Source: the human T2T-CHM13v2.0 reference genome, Homo sapiens. Taken from it: DNA of 64,000 bases. The stretch is taken from NCBI RefSeq assembly GCF_009914755.1, contig NC_060947.1; one strand, 5' to 3'. Below the pieces are notes generated by a model, which was given only the letters and a program-made list of their open reading frames with translations, was not told the origin of the DNA and ran no database searches. The first letter of the stretch is position 1, and each line of letters starts with the position of its first letter. This document shows positions 1-13,247 of this stretch, one piece after another. The translations under genes were made by a program, and so were the position numbers.

Positions 1-99
1 TGGTGAACTTTATGTTATTTGTACTTTTACAACAATTAAAAAAGATTAAATTTTCTACATTATTCATGTTGGAGTTTTTATTTATTTTATTTTCTATTT

Positions 100-1060
100 C
101 CTTTTTTAAAATTTAACTTTTATTTTAACTTCATGGATACATGTGCAGGTTTGTTATACAGATAAACTTCTGTCATGGCGGTTTGTTTTACAGATTATTT
201 CATCTCCCAGATATTAAGCCATTGGCACATAATAATGTATATATTTATGAGGTACAACATGATGTTTTGATACATGGATACATTATGTAATGATCCAATC
301 AGGTAATTAGCACTTTAAACATGATTTTTTGTGACTAGAACACTCAAAACCGTTTCTTATTTTGAAATATATATTATTGTTAACTCCAGTCATCCTACTG
401 TGCAATAAAACACCAGAATTTATTCCTCCTATCTAACTGTAGCTTTGTATTCCCTGACCTGACCAATCTCTTCCCATCTTTCCCTTTTCCCTCCCTTCCC
501 CAAACTCTGGCAACTACTATTCTACTCTCTATTTCTATGAGAACGATGTTTTAGGTTCCACATGTGAGTGAGATCATGCAGTATTTGCCTTTCTGTATCT
601 AGATTATTTCAGTTAACTTAATGTCCCCTAGGTTCATCCATGTAGTCACAAAAGAAAAAGATTTAATTTTCTAAATGACTGCATAGTACTCATTGTGTAT
701 GTACACCACATATTCTTTATTCATTCTTTATAGATTCATTCATCTAAATCAACATTTAGGTTGATTCCATATCTTGGCTACTGTGAAAAATGCTGCAATA
801 AACAGGGGTATAGCTATCTCTTCAACATATTCACTTTATTTCCATTGTATCTATACACAGTACTGGGATTGTTGTATTAGACGGTTTTTATTTTAGCCAT
901 TCTGATAGATGTATAGTAATAATTCCTGTGGTTGTATGTTGCATTTCTTTAATGGCTAATGAAGTACTCATATTTTCATATGTACATTTGTCATCTGTAT
1001 ATCTTCTTCAGTAAAATGTCATTACATGTGTTTTGTCCACACTGAGTACTGGGAGTTTTG
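100..1060 (-). mobile_element. Adjacent old L1 3'-end fragments (short L1PA/PB-type end ~100-220, L1MA-type 3' UTR ~221-880, further L1M piece to ~1060)
   Basis: T-rich tail then 'gatacatgtgcaggtttgttata', and 'aggtacaacatgatgttttgatacat...gtgagatcatgcagtatttg', which are antisense L1 3' UTR motifs. Boundaries approximate. Confidence 0.75.
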
Positions 1061-1087
1061 ATATATGCTTTCTTTTAGTGTTTCTCA

Positions 1088-2350
1088 CTTTTTCAAAAAC
1101 TTTTATTTTAGGTTTAGGGGTACACGTAAAGGTTTGTTACATAGGTGAACATGTATCATGGGGGTTCATTTTACATATTATTTCATCACCCAGGTATTAA
1201 GCCCAGTACCCAAGAGTTATCTTTTCTGCTCCTCTGTCTCCTCCCACCCTTCTGGCTCAAGTAGACTCTAGTGTCCGTTGTTTCCTCTTTTGTGTTCATA
1301 AGTTCTTATCATTTAGCTCCCATGTATAAGTGAAAACATGTGATATTTGGTTTTCTATTCCTGCATTAGTTTGCTGAGGATAATAGCCTCCAAGTTCATC
1401 CATGTTCCCACAAAAGACATGATCTTGTTCTTTTTTTGGCTGCATAATATTCCATAGTGTATATGTATCATATTTTCTTTATCCAGTCTATCATTGATGG
1501 GCCTTTAGGGTAATTCCATGTCTTTTTTATTGTGAATAGTGTTGCAATGAACATTTCCATGCATGTGTCTTTATGGTATAAGGATTTATATTCTTCTGGG
1601 TATATACCCAGTAATGGATTTGCTGGGTTGAATTGTAGCTCTGCTTTTAGTTCTTTGAGGAATTGCCCTACTGCTTTCCGCAATGGTTGAATTAATTTAC
1701 ACTCACACCAACTGTGTATAAGTGTTCTCTTTTCCCTGCCACCTTACCAGCATTTGTTATTTTTTGACTTTTATGATAGCCACTCTGACTGATGTGAGAT
1801 AGAATCTCATTGTGGCTTTGACTGGCATTATTCCAATGATTAGTGATATCGAGCTTTTTTTCATATGCTTGTTGGCCACATGTATATCTTCTTTTGAGAA
1901 GTGTCTGTTCATGTCCTTTGCCTACTTTTTTAATGGGCTTGTTTATTTTGCTTTTGTAAAATTGTTTAAGTTCCTAATAGATGTGAATACTAGACCTTTG
2001 AAAGATGCATAGTTTGCAAATATTTTCTCCTATTCTGTAGGTCGTCTATTTACTCGATAGTTTCTTTTGCTGTGCAGAAGCTCTTAAGTTTAATTAGATC
2101 CCACTTGTCAAATTTTGCTTTTGTTTTGATTGCTTTTGGTGTCTTTGTCATGAAATCTTTGCCAAAATGGCCAAAATAGTATTTCCATGGTTTTTATAGT
2201 TTGGGTTTTTACATTTAAATCTTTAAACTTGAGTTGATTTTTATGTATTATGGCATAAGAAAAGGATCCAGCTTCAATTTTCTGCCTATGGCTAGCCAGT
2301 TATCACAGCATCATTTATCGAATAGGGAGTATTTCCCCCATTGCTTGATT
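1088..2350 (-). mobile_element. 5'-truncated L1PA13-like LINE-1 (3' UTR plus ORF2 C-terminus)
   Basis: Antisense 3' end 'ttttattttaggtttaggggtacacgtaaaggtttgttacatagg'. ORF 1468-1683(-) translates as ORF2p C-terminus (NPANPLLGIYPEEYKS...MIDWIKK). Confidence 0.88.
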
Positions 2351-3654
2351 TTCCATACTGTTTAATGTTTTTGAATGTATTCATTTTTGGCTGATATCTT
2401 TACTACTTTCTTTGGGTTTGGTTTGCTCTTATTTTTTAGTTCCTTAATGTAGGAACTTGGATTATTGATTTGAAGGCTTTACATTTTTCTTTTTCAATGT
2501 ACATTTAAATAAATTGTACTATGTATGGGTAAGGAATACAACATGATGTTTTGAGATATATTTATATATGTTTGTGTGTGTGTGTGATTATTATGGTGAA
2601 ACAAATTAACATGTTCATCGTCTCACAGGTTACCCATTCACCACAATCCAGGGCAATAGTAACAATAAGCTACTCCTTTAGAAAAAAATACTAAATATAA
2701 TACACTTTTATTAACTATAGCCCCAACGTTGTACACTAGACTTTTAGACTTATTCGTCAAACACATCTGTAACTTTGCATCTTTGTCCTACATCTTCCTA
2801 TTTTTTCCCTCACTCTGCCCCTGGTAACCACTGTTTAATTCTCTATCTCTGTATATTTGACCTGTTTTCATTTTTAGATTCTGCATATAAGTGAGATCAT
2901 GCAATAATTTTATTTCTGTGTTTGTTTTCTTTCACTTAGCATTATGTTCTCCAGGTTCATCCATGTTGTGGTATATGACAAGATAGCCTTCTTTTTAAAG
3001 GCTGAATAATATTTATATAAATGTGTGTATATACATATATATACACATGTATGTATTTGTATGTTCATATATATATATTTCTTTATCCATTTTTCCATCA
3101 ATGGACACATACATTGTTTTCATATCTTGACTATTGCAAATAATGCTACAGTGAACATGGGAGTGCAGATATATTTATAATGTGGTTATTTCATTCCTTT
3201 GGATATGTGCCTAGGAGAAGGTTTGCTTGTGCATATGGTAATTGTATTTTTAAATTTTTGAAACATTCATACTCTTTTCCATAATAACTACACGAATCTA
3301 CATTCCCACCAACAGTCCGCAAAGCTTCCATTTTCTCCACACCCTCACCAACATTTGCTCTCTTGTCTTTTTGATAATAGCCATTCTAATGGGTGTGAGG
3401 TGATGTCTTATAGTGCTTTTCACTTGCTTTCCATGATGATTAGTGATGTTGAATATCTTTTTATATAACTGTTGACCACGTTTATGTATTCTTCGGTGAA
3501 ATATCTATTCAGATATATATTTTTTTCTTTTTTAAATCAGGTGATGTGTTTTCTTGTTTTTGAGTGGTGTGAGTTCTTTATAAATTTTGCATATTAACCC
3601 CTTATCAGATAATGATTTGAATTTTTTTTTTACCCACATGTAGGTTTTCTTTAA

Positions 3655-4124
3655 AAAAAATAAATTTTATTGTGTATATTTGAAGCTTTAATATGATGTT
3701 ATGGAATAAACATAGATAGTAATGTGGTTACTATAGTGAAAGAGATAAACATATTTATCATCTCAAATAGTTACTTTTTGTGACAAGAACAGGTAAAATC
3801 TACTTATTTAACAAAAATTACTAATTAACAATACAATACAAATACTAATACAATTATATTAACTATAATCCTCCTGTTGTACATTAGAACTCTAGACTTG
3901 TTCAGCCTTTAGAATGGAGATTCCACTATTTGCCAAACATGGATAAACCTTGAGGACATTATAGTAAGTCCAAATAAGCCAAACACAGAAAGAATAATAT
4001 TTTATAATTTCACTTATATGTGCAATAAAAATAAGTCAAATATACTAAGATAAAGAATAAAACAGTGGTTACCAGAGGTAGAGGTGGTGGGAGAAAATGG
4101 GAAGTTATAGGTCAAAGGGTGAAA
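3655..4124 (-). mobile_element. Short L1MA 3'-end insertion with 5' inversion (minus 3655-3910, plus 3911-4124)
   Basis: The minus part is the terminal 3' UTR. The plus part ('ggataaaccttgaggacattatag...gtcaaagggtgaaa') is the directly upstream 3' UTR segment. Degraded TSD catgtaggttttcttt / catagattgcctttt. Confidence 0.75.
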
Positions 4125-4768
4125 CATAGATTGCCTTTTCATTTTATTGATTGTTTCTTTTGCTATGTAGAAGCTTTTTAGTTTCATGTAGTCCTATTTA
4201 TTAATTTATTTTTTGCATGTGTAGCCTGAGCTTTTGGTGTGATATCCAGGAAATCATTGCCAAGGCCAATTTCAATGAGCTTTTCCTCTATGTTTTCTTT
4301 TAGGAGTTTTATGGTTTCAGGTCTTATATTTAGGTCTTTTATCCATTTTGAGTTGATAGTTGTGAATGGCCTAAGAGTCCAATATTATTCTTTTGCACGT
4401 CAGAATTCAATTCTCCCAACACTATTTATTGAAGAGACTACAGTATTTCCATTGTCTTTCAGGTTTCTTTGTCAAAAATTAGTTAACTGTATGTATTTGG
4501 CTTTATTTCTGTGCTCTCTATTCTGTTCCACTGGCCTATGTGTTCGTTTTTATGCCAGATTCCTACGGTTTGAATTACTTTAACTTTGTAATATAATTTC
4601 AAGTAAGAAAACTTCGGGCCCGTTTTTTTTTTAACCTCATAATTGCTTTGGCTATTCAGGGTCTTTGATGGTCCCAAAGGAATTTTACAAACAAAGGCAT
4701 TTGTGTGAAGAATGCCATTGGGATATTGATAGAAATCGCATTGTATCTATACGTTCATTTGGGTAGTA

Positions 4769-5122
4769 CGGGTTGAGTAACTCTAATATGTAAATCCCAA
4801 ATAAAAATTCTCTAAAATCTTAAACATTTTGAGCACTGATATGACCTAACAAGTAGCACATTTTACAACTGACCTTATGTCATGTGTCACAGTAAAAATG
4901 TAATCAAAACTTTGTTTTCTGCAGTTATTGAAAATATTATGACATTAATTTCAAGCTATTTGTATAAAATGTATATAAAAGATAAATAAATTTTGTCTTT
5001 AGAATTGTGTCCCATCCTCAAGATATTTTATTAGGTATGTGTAAATATTCTAAAATTCAAAAAATCCGAAAATCAAAATTTTTTACTCTCAAGAATTTCA
5101 GGAAAGGGATATTCAACATATG
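4769..5122 (+). mobile_element. Tigger4b/MER46-type non-autonomous TcMar DNA transposon
   Basis: Degenerate TIRs 'cgggttgagtaactctaat' ... 'aagggatattcaacatatg', TA on both sides, ~350 bp. The host L1 ('gggtagta|gacactttaa') resumes after it. Confidence 0.8.
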
Positions 5123-5780
5123 TAGACACTTTAATTCTAATTATTCCAATCTGTGACATAAAATATGTTTCCATTATTTGTGTCCTCTTTAATTACTTTC
5201 ATTAACACTTTATAGTTTTTAGTGCACAACTCTTTCACTTCCTTAGATAAATTTATTCCTAAGTATATTTTTGATGCAATTGTAAGTCAAATTGTTTTCT
5301 TGATTTCCTTTTTGGGTAGGTCATTGGTTATATATAAAAATACCATGAATTTTTGTATGTGGAGTTTGTATCCCACAACTTTACAAAATCATTTATTAGT
5401 TATAATAGGTTTTCTGTTTGAATGTGTTGGGTTTTATCCATATAGAATTATGTTATCTGCGAATGGAGATAATTTTACTTCTTTCTTTCCAATTTTCATA
5501 CATACTATGTCTTCTTGTTGTTTGATTGTTCTTGATAGTACTTCTAGTATTATGTTGACTAGAAGGGGAGAAAGCTAATTCATATGAGATTTTAGAGAAA
5601 AAACTTTCCATTTCTTCTCATTAATTATGATGTTAGCTGTGTAATTTTCATAAATGGTGTTTGTTATTTTGAGGAATACTTCCACACTTAAACGGTTGAC
5701 AGTATTTATCAGAAAGAATTTTGAACGTTGTTGAATATGTTTTCTGTATCAATTGGGATTGTCATGTGGTTTTTGTTTTC

Positions 5781-8700
5781 TCTTTTTTCTTTTTTTAACT
5801 TTTATTTTAAGATCAGGGGTACATGTGGAGGTTTGTTATATAGGTAAACATGTGCCGTGGGGGTTTTTTGTATAGATTATTTCATCACCCCTGTACTAAG
5901 CATAGTATCTTATAGTTATTTTTTCTGATCTTCTCCCTTCTCTCACCCTTTTCCCTCAAATAGGCCCAAGTGTCTGTTGTTCTTCTCTTTGTGCTCACTG
6001 GTTCTCATTATTTAGCTCCCACTTACAAGTGAGAACATGCAATATTTTGTTTACTGTTTCTGCATTAGCTCACTAATGATAATGGCCTCCAGCTCCATTT
6101 ACATTGCTGCAAAAGACATAATCCCATTCTTCTTTATGGCTGCATAGTATTTCATGGTCTACATGTAGCACATTTTTAAAATTCAATCTACTGTTCATGG
6201 GCATTTAGGTTGAATCCATGTCTTTGCTATTGTGAATAGTGCTGTGATCAACATATGCACATGCAATTGAGCGCACATGCATGCATGTGTGTTTATGGTA
6301 GAACAATTAATATTCCTTTAGGCTTATACGCAGCAATGGGATTTCTAGATCAAATTGTAGTTCTGTTCTTAGTTCTTTGAGAAATTACCTCACTACTTTT
6401 CACAATGGTTGAACTAATTTACACCGCCACCAGCAGTGTATAAGCATTTCATTTTCTCTGCAACCTTGCCAGCTGTTAATTTTTTGATAATGATAGCCAT
6501 TCTGACTGATGTGAGATAGTATGTCATTCTGGTCTATCAATCTTATTTATTCACTGAAAATAAGCAACTTTTGGTTTCATTGACCTTTTCTATGTTTTTG
6601 ATCTAAATTTCATACATTTCAGCTCTGATTTTGGTTATTTTCTTTCTTCTGCTGGCTTTGGGTTTGGTGTATTCTTGTTTTCCTAGTTCCTTTCTGTTTG
6701 ATGTTAGGTTGTTATTTTGAGATCTTTCTTTCTATAATTTTAATGTGGGTGTTTACTGCTATAAACTTTCTTCTTAACACTGCTTTAGCTGTGTCTCAGA
6801 GATTCTGGTATGCTGTATCTTTGCTTTCATTAATTTCAAAGAATTTCCTGATGTCTGCCTTAATTTCATTATTTATTCCAAAATCATTCAGGAGCAGATT
6901 GCTAATTTCTATGTAATTATATGGTTTTTAGCTATCTTCATAGTATTGATTTCTATCTTTATTGTGCTGTGGTCTGTGAATGTGGTTTGTATGATTTGGG
7001 TATTTTTAAAGAGAGTATGGTTTGTATGATTTGGGTATATTTAAATTGTTTTATGGATGATTATGTGGTCGATTTTAGAGTATGTACCATATGCAGATGA
7101 GAAGAATGTGTGTTCTCTTGTGGTGTGGTGAACTGTTCCATAGATGTCTGTTAGGTCCATTTGTTCAAGCATCAAGTTTAGGTCCCAAGTATCTTTGTTA
7201 GTTTTCTCCTTTGATGATGTGTATAAGACTGTCATTGATGTGTTGAAGTCTCCCACTATTATTGTGTGGTTACCTAAGTCCTGTTGTAGGTCTCTATGAA
7301 CTTATTTTATAAATCTGAGTGCTTTAATATTGGGTGCATAGATATATTGGATGATGAAGTCCTCTTGTTTAATTGAATCCTTTATCATTATATACTGCCC
7401 TTTTTAGTCTTTTTTGATCATTGTTGGCTTAAAGTCTTTTTTTTTTGTCTGAAATGAGAATAGCAACCACTGCTGTTTTATAATTTCCATATGTTTGATG
7501 GCTCTTTCCCAATCTTTTTACTTTTTGTTTTCTGTCTGTTCATTTCTTTTTATTTTATTTTTTGGCTTATAAAGCTTAGTTTGGCTGAATATAAAATTAT
7601 TGGTTGGCATTTATTTCTTTAAGAATGCTGAATGTAGATCCCCAATTGTTTCTGGCATGTAAGGTTTATGATGAATGATCTGCTGTTAACTTGATTGGTG
7701 TCCCTTTGTTCATGGCCTTCCCCTTCTGTCTAGCTGACTTTAATATTTTTTCTTCAATATTGACTTTTGAGGATCCAATGACTATGTGTCTTGGTGATGT
7801 ATAGTATCGAAAAGGGGTTTTCTACATTTTCTGAAATTGAATGTCATCCTCTTTAGCAAGGTTGGGAAAAATTTTGTGGTCAATATCCTCAGATATGTTT
7901 TCCAAGTTGGTTGCTCTTTTTCCCCTCTCTTTCAGGGATTCTGATGAGTCTTAAGTTTGACATCATTATGTAATATTATATTTCTCAGAGGCTTGGTTTA
8001 TTCATTTTTGTTATTTTTTCTTAATTTGGTATCTGACTGAGTAGTTTTGAACAACTGGTTTTAAAACTCAAAAATTATTTCTTCAGCTTGGTGTATCCTG
8101 CTGTTAATACTTTCAGTTGTATTGAGAAATTTTTGTAGTGAGTTTGCTAGCTCTATCATATCTATTTGGTTGTTTCTTAAATTTGCTATTTTGTCTTTCA
8201 GCATTTATATTATTTTATTGAATTCCTTAGATTTCTTGGATTGCAGTTTGACTTTCTTTGAATCTCGATGATCATTGTTACTCTCCATATTTTGTAATCT
8301 ATGTCTGTCATTTTAGCCATTTCAGCCTGGTTAAGAACCATCGATGGGAAGTAGCACAGTTTTTTGGAGTTAAGAAGACACTCTGGCTTTTTGAGTTGCC
8401 AGTCTTCTTGTATTGTTTCTCTTTCTTCAGTGTGGGCTGATGTTCCTTTAATCTTTGAAGTTGCTGTCATTTGGATGGGGTTTTTGCTTTCATATTCTAT
8501 GATGCCCTTGACGGTTTGACTGTGGTATAAGGTGGGTCAACTGGCTTTGTTTCTGGGAGATTTCAAGGGGACAAGTCTCAGCTCAGCACTCCTAGGCTGC
8601 ATGCTCTCATCTTGGGGTCTGGTACCAGGTCCACAGCTTTGTTCTATGGCCCTTTGATGTTAAATATCATCTGTGCTAGAGGGTCTGAGGTGTTCCTGAC

Positions 8701-9583
8701 CACTGGTAGCAACACGTAGCTGTATAGTGCCAGCCAAAATGTTTTATTGGGGCAGCAGCAGCAGGGTCAACATGTGCACTTGTGTGCCAGCAGTGGCATT
8801 GGCATTGCAGGGTTTATGTGTGTCAGTGGGGACAGTTCTCTGGTAGGGCCAGGGCAGTGGGATGTGTCTGCACTGGCAGGGTTGGGAAGGCAGCATCATT
8901 GCACACATCCTGACAGTGACAATGACATGGCATTGAGATGTGTGTATTTACCAGCTTGGATGAGACAGTGAGTCCTATCCTTGTGAATCAGTAAAGGAGT
9001 TTGGGGAGGCTGCAGTGGCAGGAGGCTGTGCATGGGTGGGGGTTTGCCAGTGGAAGCCCATCTGCTGAAGCTCCACGATGGTTAGGCATGATTTACCAGC
9101 AAAAGAGGTATGGCAGTGGCTGCCAGGAGGCAGTCTAATTGGGCATCATAGGCTGCAATACAAGTCGGTGTGGACAGACAAAAATACCTCTAGAGATCAG
9201 CAGACAGGGGCACACAGATCAAACTGGTCTCATCCCCTGGGCAGGACTACGCTGCTCTGTCCAGGTTTAGAAGTCAACAAAGTTAAAAGCCACCTAGAGT
9301 AGCATCGTTAGCCTTGGGAGATAAGCATCCTTGTCTGTGCTCCACTGAAGCCATTCCTGCACCAAACCCTCTGGGCTCTGTGCAGGCTAGTGTCCTGTCC
9401 CTGCCACCACTCCAAACATCTCCCTCTCTCTCTTTCTTTTTCTCTCTCTTCCTCTCTCTCTCTCTGCCAGCTCCAATGTCTGTGGGGGTCATGTGGTCTC
9501 CTGGCACCAGGGTTCCAGAATTATATGATGAGAGTGGACCACTTTGAGATGTTTTTACCGGCTGCCTCTAGTCAATCATCCTC
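5781..9583 (-). mobile_element. L1PA13-16-like LINE-1 with both termini but large internal deletions
   Basis: 3' end at ~5790. EN-domain remnant 7041-7256(-) (MGDFNTSMT...YSKIDHI). ORF1 N-terminal remnant near 8210-8470. GC-richer 5' UTR 8480-9583 ending 'gctgcctctagtcaatcatcct', similar to the reverse complement of agatggccgactagaagcagc. Confidence 0.85.
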
Positions 9584-10084
9584 TTACAATTATTTTTATA
9601 TTAACTTAGTTTATATTTGATTAGACACCAAAAAACTTTGAAATTTTACATTTAACATGAAATAATTTAAAAAGTCTTGAAACCTTGAATTTTAAAATTG
9701 AGACAAAATATCTTTCAAATATAAATCATAAGATGCTAAATCTCAATCAATTTAGTACCAGATAATGACAAAAATGCTATCTTCTGAAATTTGTATTTTG
9801 TGTGGTAATTTGAATTTAAGATTTCTCATCAAGCAGGCAGTGTAGTACGGTCAAGAAAATGTTTGTTGTGTAGTCAGGTCCACTTAAGTTTAGAACGAAT
9901 ATTTTTCATTTGAAAGGAAAGCATATTAATTTGCTATATTGGGTATTCATGTCTTCTTTTACCTCTAATTTAAATAAAATTACCTTGTTATCCTCATATT
10001 TCATCCAATACTTTTGCTTCTTAACCCTTAAAGTAATATTCATTGATTCAAATTTGTGCTTACTGATTCTCTTTCTCCTCCATA

Positions 10085-10175
10085 AGAGCTGAGATCTTAT
10101 TTGTTTGTTTAATGCCACATCTTTAGTGCCTAATATATACTGCTGCTCAATAAATATTTGCATAAATAAATGATT
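10085..10175 (+). mobile_element. L2 3'-end fragment
   Basis: 'tagtgcctaata...tgctcaataaatatttgcataaataaatga' matches the L2 terminal motif. Confidence 0.6.
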
Positions 10176-11089
10176 TAGTTTTTCAAATAATTATTTAATG
10201 TGACTTCTTTTTAAAAAAAAAGGATTATAAGAGAATGGGAGTCTTTGTAGACATAGGGATGCAAGCATTAAATATGATACCAAGTATGATACCAGTGGAA
10301 AAGGTGGCATCATCAGTAGGTAGAGAGAAGTTCCTCAAATAGTATATATCCCTAAAATGTAGGATAAAATTTAAGAAGCATCACTTTCTAAAACCAAACT
10401 TGTTCAGAATCAACACAGAAATAATGAAATTATTTTAGCAAATAATATAATTCAAAATACTTATGCAATTAAAGTGATAGAAGCAACTACCCTACAGTTC
10501 AATTAAATGTAAGATACAGGATAACACTGGATTGTTGTAACATGCTAATGAGCCACTGAAACAGATAGAGTTTCTCATGGAATTTAGCAAATGAGAAAAT
10601 TAGAAAATAAAATTTGTCAGCATTGGGTAAGAATGGAAAGATGTTAGGGCATCTGGTGAATGCAAGTGTTTAAGTGACTAAAAAGAGACACTGTATATAC
10701 TGGAGCAAGCACTACCATAGCTTAGGAGAACATTTATCAAACAAGTTGGAATTTCTTTTGTCTGTACTTAGCTAGCACATTTTTGTTCATTGATTTATTT
10801 TACCTCATACTTTGTTATGTGGGTAGGTTGCCTTAAAAAGAAAATACAAGTGTTTCTCCTGGTTAAAATGAATAAACAGTATTTCTATTGTATCTATACT
10901 TATGATTTATGATTTTGACATAAATAAGTTCATAATAATTTCATTACCTCTTTCAGGCCATTAAAACCAAATATTTGAACTAGAAAAACTTTGGACTAGG
11001 TTTTGATGACACTACCATTGCTCTCCCATGAAACTCAGCTTGAAATAGCCAAGTTGAATTTAATAATAACAGTACAATAGTGTACTCCT

Positions 11090-11480
11090 AAATAGAATGA
11101 GACATCATGAGGACACTAGGCACATAGAATAGAATATAAAATAATAAGAAAAAAGAGGAGTTTTAGACATAACCTTGAAGAATTGCCATGTTTAATGGAT
11201 TATCAGAACATTAAAAATATATAAAGGACACTGATAAGTGTCTAGGTACATAGAAAAAATAAAAAAGGGGAAATACTAGAAAAATAAGTGTAAATATTCA
11301 AAAGAAAAGACTAGATCAGGGAGAAGGTCTTCACTTGTACTGAATGCTGCTGAGAGTTCAAATAAGATAAAGATAGAAAAATGTTGGCAGCTTTTTTAAG
11401 TGCAGAGTTGACATTGATAGGAAGGATTGATAAGAGTGTGATAGGTGAGGAAATAACCAGAATAAAAAACTCTTTCTCTT
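11090..11480 (-). mobile_element. Highly diverged L2 fragment
   Basis: 'tgaatgctgctgagagttcaaataagataaaga' resembles the conserved L2 motif caaatgctgctgagaggtcaagtaagatgagga. Confidence 0.5.
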
Positions 11481-12619
11481 TTTCCTTATTGTTAATTTGA
11501 TTTTAATTGCTTGAGTAATGGATGAGTGTATTCACTGTAACTTAATCCCATACTAGTACTTCATTCTGCTTCATTTACTGTTTACAGTAGAATACATTAA
11601 CTATAAGTTCCTTATTGTTCAAATAATTTATTCTGTAAATGGTGAGATTAATGATTTCTTCTATGTCTAAAGATATCTTTAGATTGTCTTTATGGTTTAA
11701 TGAGTTACTCTTGGCTGAAGTTTTTATTTTATAAATGACTAATTTTAGATTAAATCTGATTATTTTCCTTTTAGATATAGGGACCTTTACATGAAGATAC
11801 AGATTGCTTGAGTAAAAGCCCAAACAAGTTTTAAAAATTGCCTCCCATTCTCACAAGATTAGTGGAAAAGAAAGGTGAGAGTAACTAGCTACAGAAAAAA
11901 AGAAAAGTTCATAGTTTCTCATCACTCCAGGAAGGTTACAAAATAAGCTGACACTGGAAAAGAGCCACAAGCTGTCAATTGAGGCAAGTTGGTACCAAGA
12001 GCAGCCACACAGGCTGGATGAGTGTACAGTTACCTTAGACCATTTTAGAGAGAGTATAATATCAGGCTCTACTTTTAAAAAGTCCAGCTAATTTTAGTTA
12101 TTATTCTTACTAGAATAAAGTACTAAAGTACTAAAGTAAAATACTTTACTAGAATAAAGTAGTGAGGCACATAAATTTCATATTAAAAAATGAGCAGAGA
12201 CATGTGAGAGTTTCAGAAAAAGTAATTCAAATGCACTCAACCATTAGCACTGTAAGAGGAATGCAAGTAAAAAGTACACTAGGAGACTATTTCTTACTTA
12301 TTAGATTGGAAAAAATACAAGTTTGACAATATACTCTGTTGACACATCTCTAGGGAAAAAGGATTTTTTATACAATACTACTGAGAACACAAAATTACAC
12401 AAATTCTAAGAGAATAATTTAGCAATGTTTATCAAAATTAAAGATGCATAGGCGGTGGAGCAAGATGGGCATTGAAGAAAGTATGAAAGGCAGTCTTGAA
12501 TTGCTGACACCACCCCTCCCCTTCCCCCTGACAACTGCCATGTGGCACAGAAAACAAAGCCATGTTGGGCTCAGCTGGAACACACCCAGGAAGAAAGCAT
12601 TTGGACCAGCCATGGCCAG

Positions 12620-12783
12620 AGAAGAAAAGCAGTTATTATACAAAAAAAAAAAAAATACTTGCACACATATGTTTATAGCAGCACAATAGCACAATTCACA
12701 ATTGCAAAAATATGGAACCAACCCAAATGCCTATCAGTCAACAGGTGGATGAAGAAATTGGGATATCTATGTAGATAGATGAC

Positions 12784-12830
<47 letters not shown>

Positions 12831-13247
12831 GATAGAGATATAAATGATGAAATACTACTCAGCCATAAAAAAGGAAGTAATTAATGGCATTCACAGCAAC
12901 CTGGATGGAACTAGAGATTATTATTCTAAGTGAAGTAACTCAGGAATGGAAAACCAAACATTGAATCTTCTCACCCATAAGTGGGAGCTAAGCTATGAGG
13001 ATGCAAAGGCAGTAAGAATGATATAATGGACTCTGGGGACTTGGGGGAAAAGGTGGGAGAGGGGTGAGCGATAAAAGACTACAAGCTGGGTTCAGTGTAT
13101 ACTGCTCAGGTGATGGCTGCACCAAAATCTAACAAATCATCACTAAAGAACTTACTCATGGGACCAAATTCCACCTGTTCCCCCAAAACCTATGAAAATA
13201 AATAATACTACTAATAATATAATAATAATAGTATCAGTAAAAAAAAG
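12620..13247 (+). mobile_element. L1PB1-like 3'-end fragment inserted in the L1MA 5' UTR
   Basis: 'tacttgcacacatatgtttatagcagcacaa...cactaaagaacttactcatg...ccacctgttcccccaaaacctatgaaaataa' followed by an A/TAA-rich tail. No TSD. Confidence 0.88.
12772..12840. repeat. (GATA)n tetranucleotide microsatellite
   Basis: Directly visible tandem 'gata' run of more than 10 units with interrupted flanks. Confidence 0.97.

Larger units (their letters stand above)
2495..5780 (-). mobile_element. Old L1MA-type LINE-1 (3' UTR and ORF2 3' half), host to later insertions at 3655-4124 and 4769-5122
   Basis: Continuous antisense ORF2 similarity. ORFs 2910-3110(-) and 4483-4677(-) resemble ORF2p ('[27 protein letters not shown]'). 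Confidence 0.85.
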
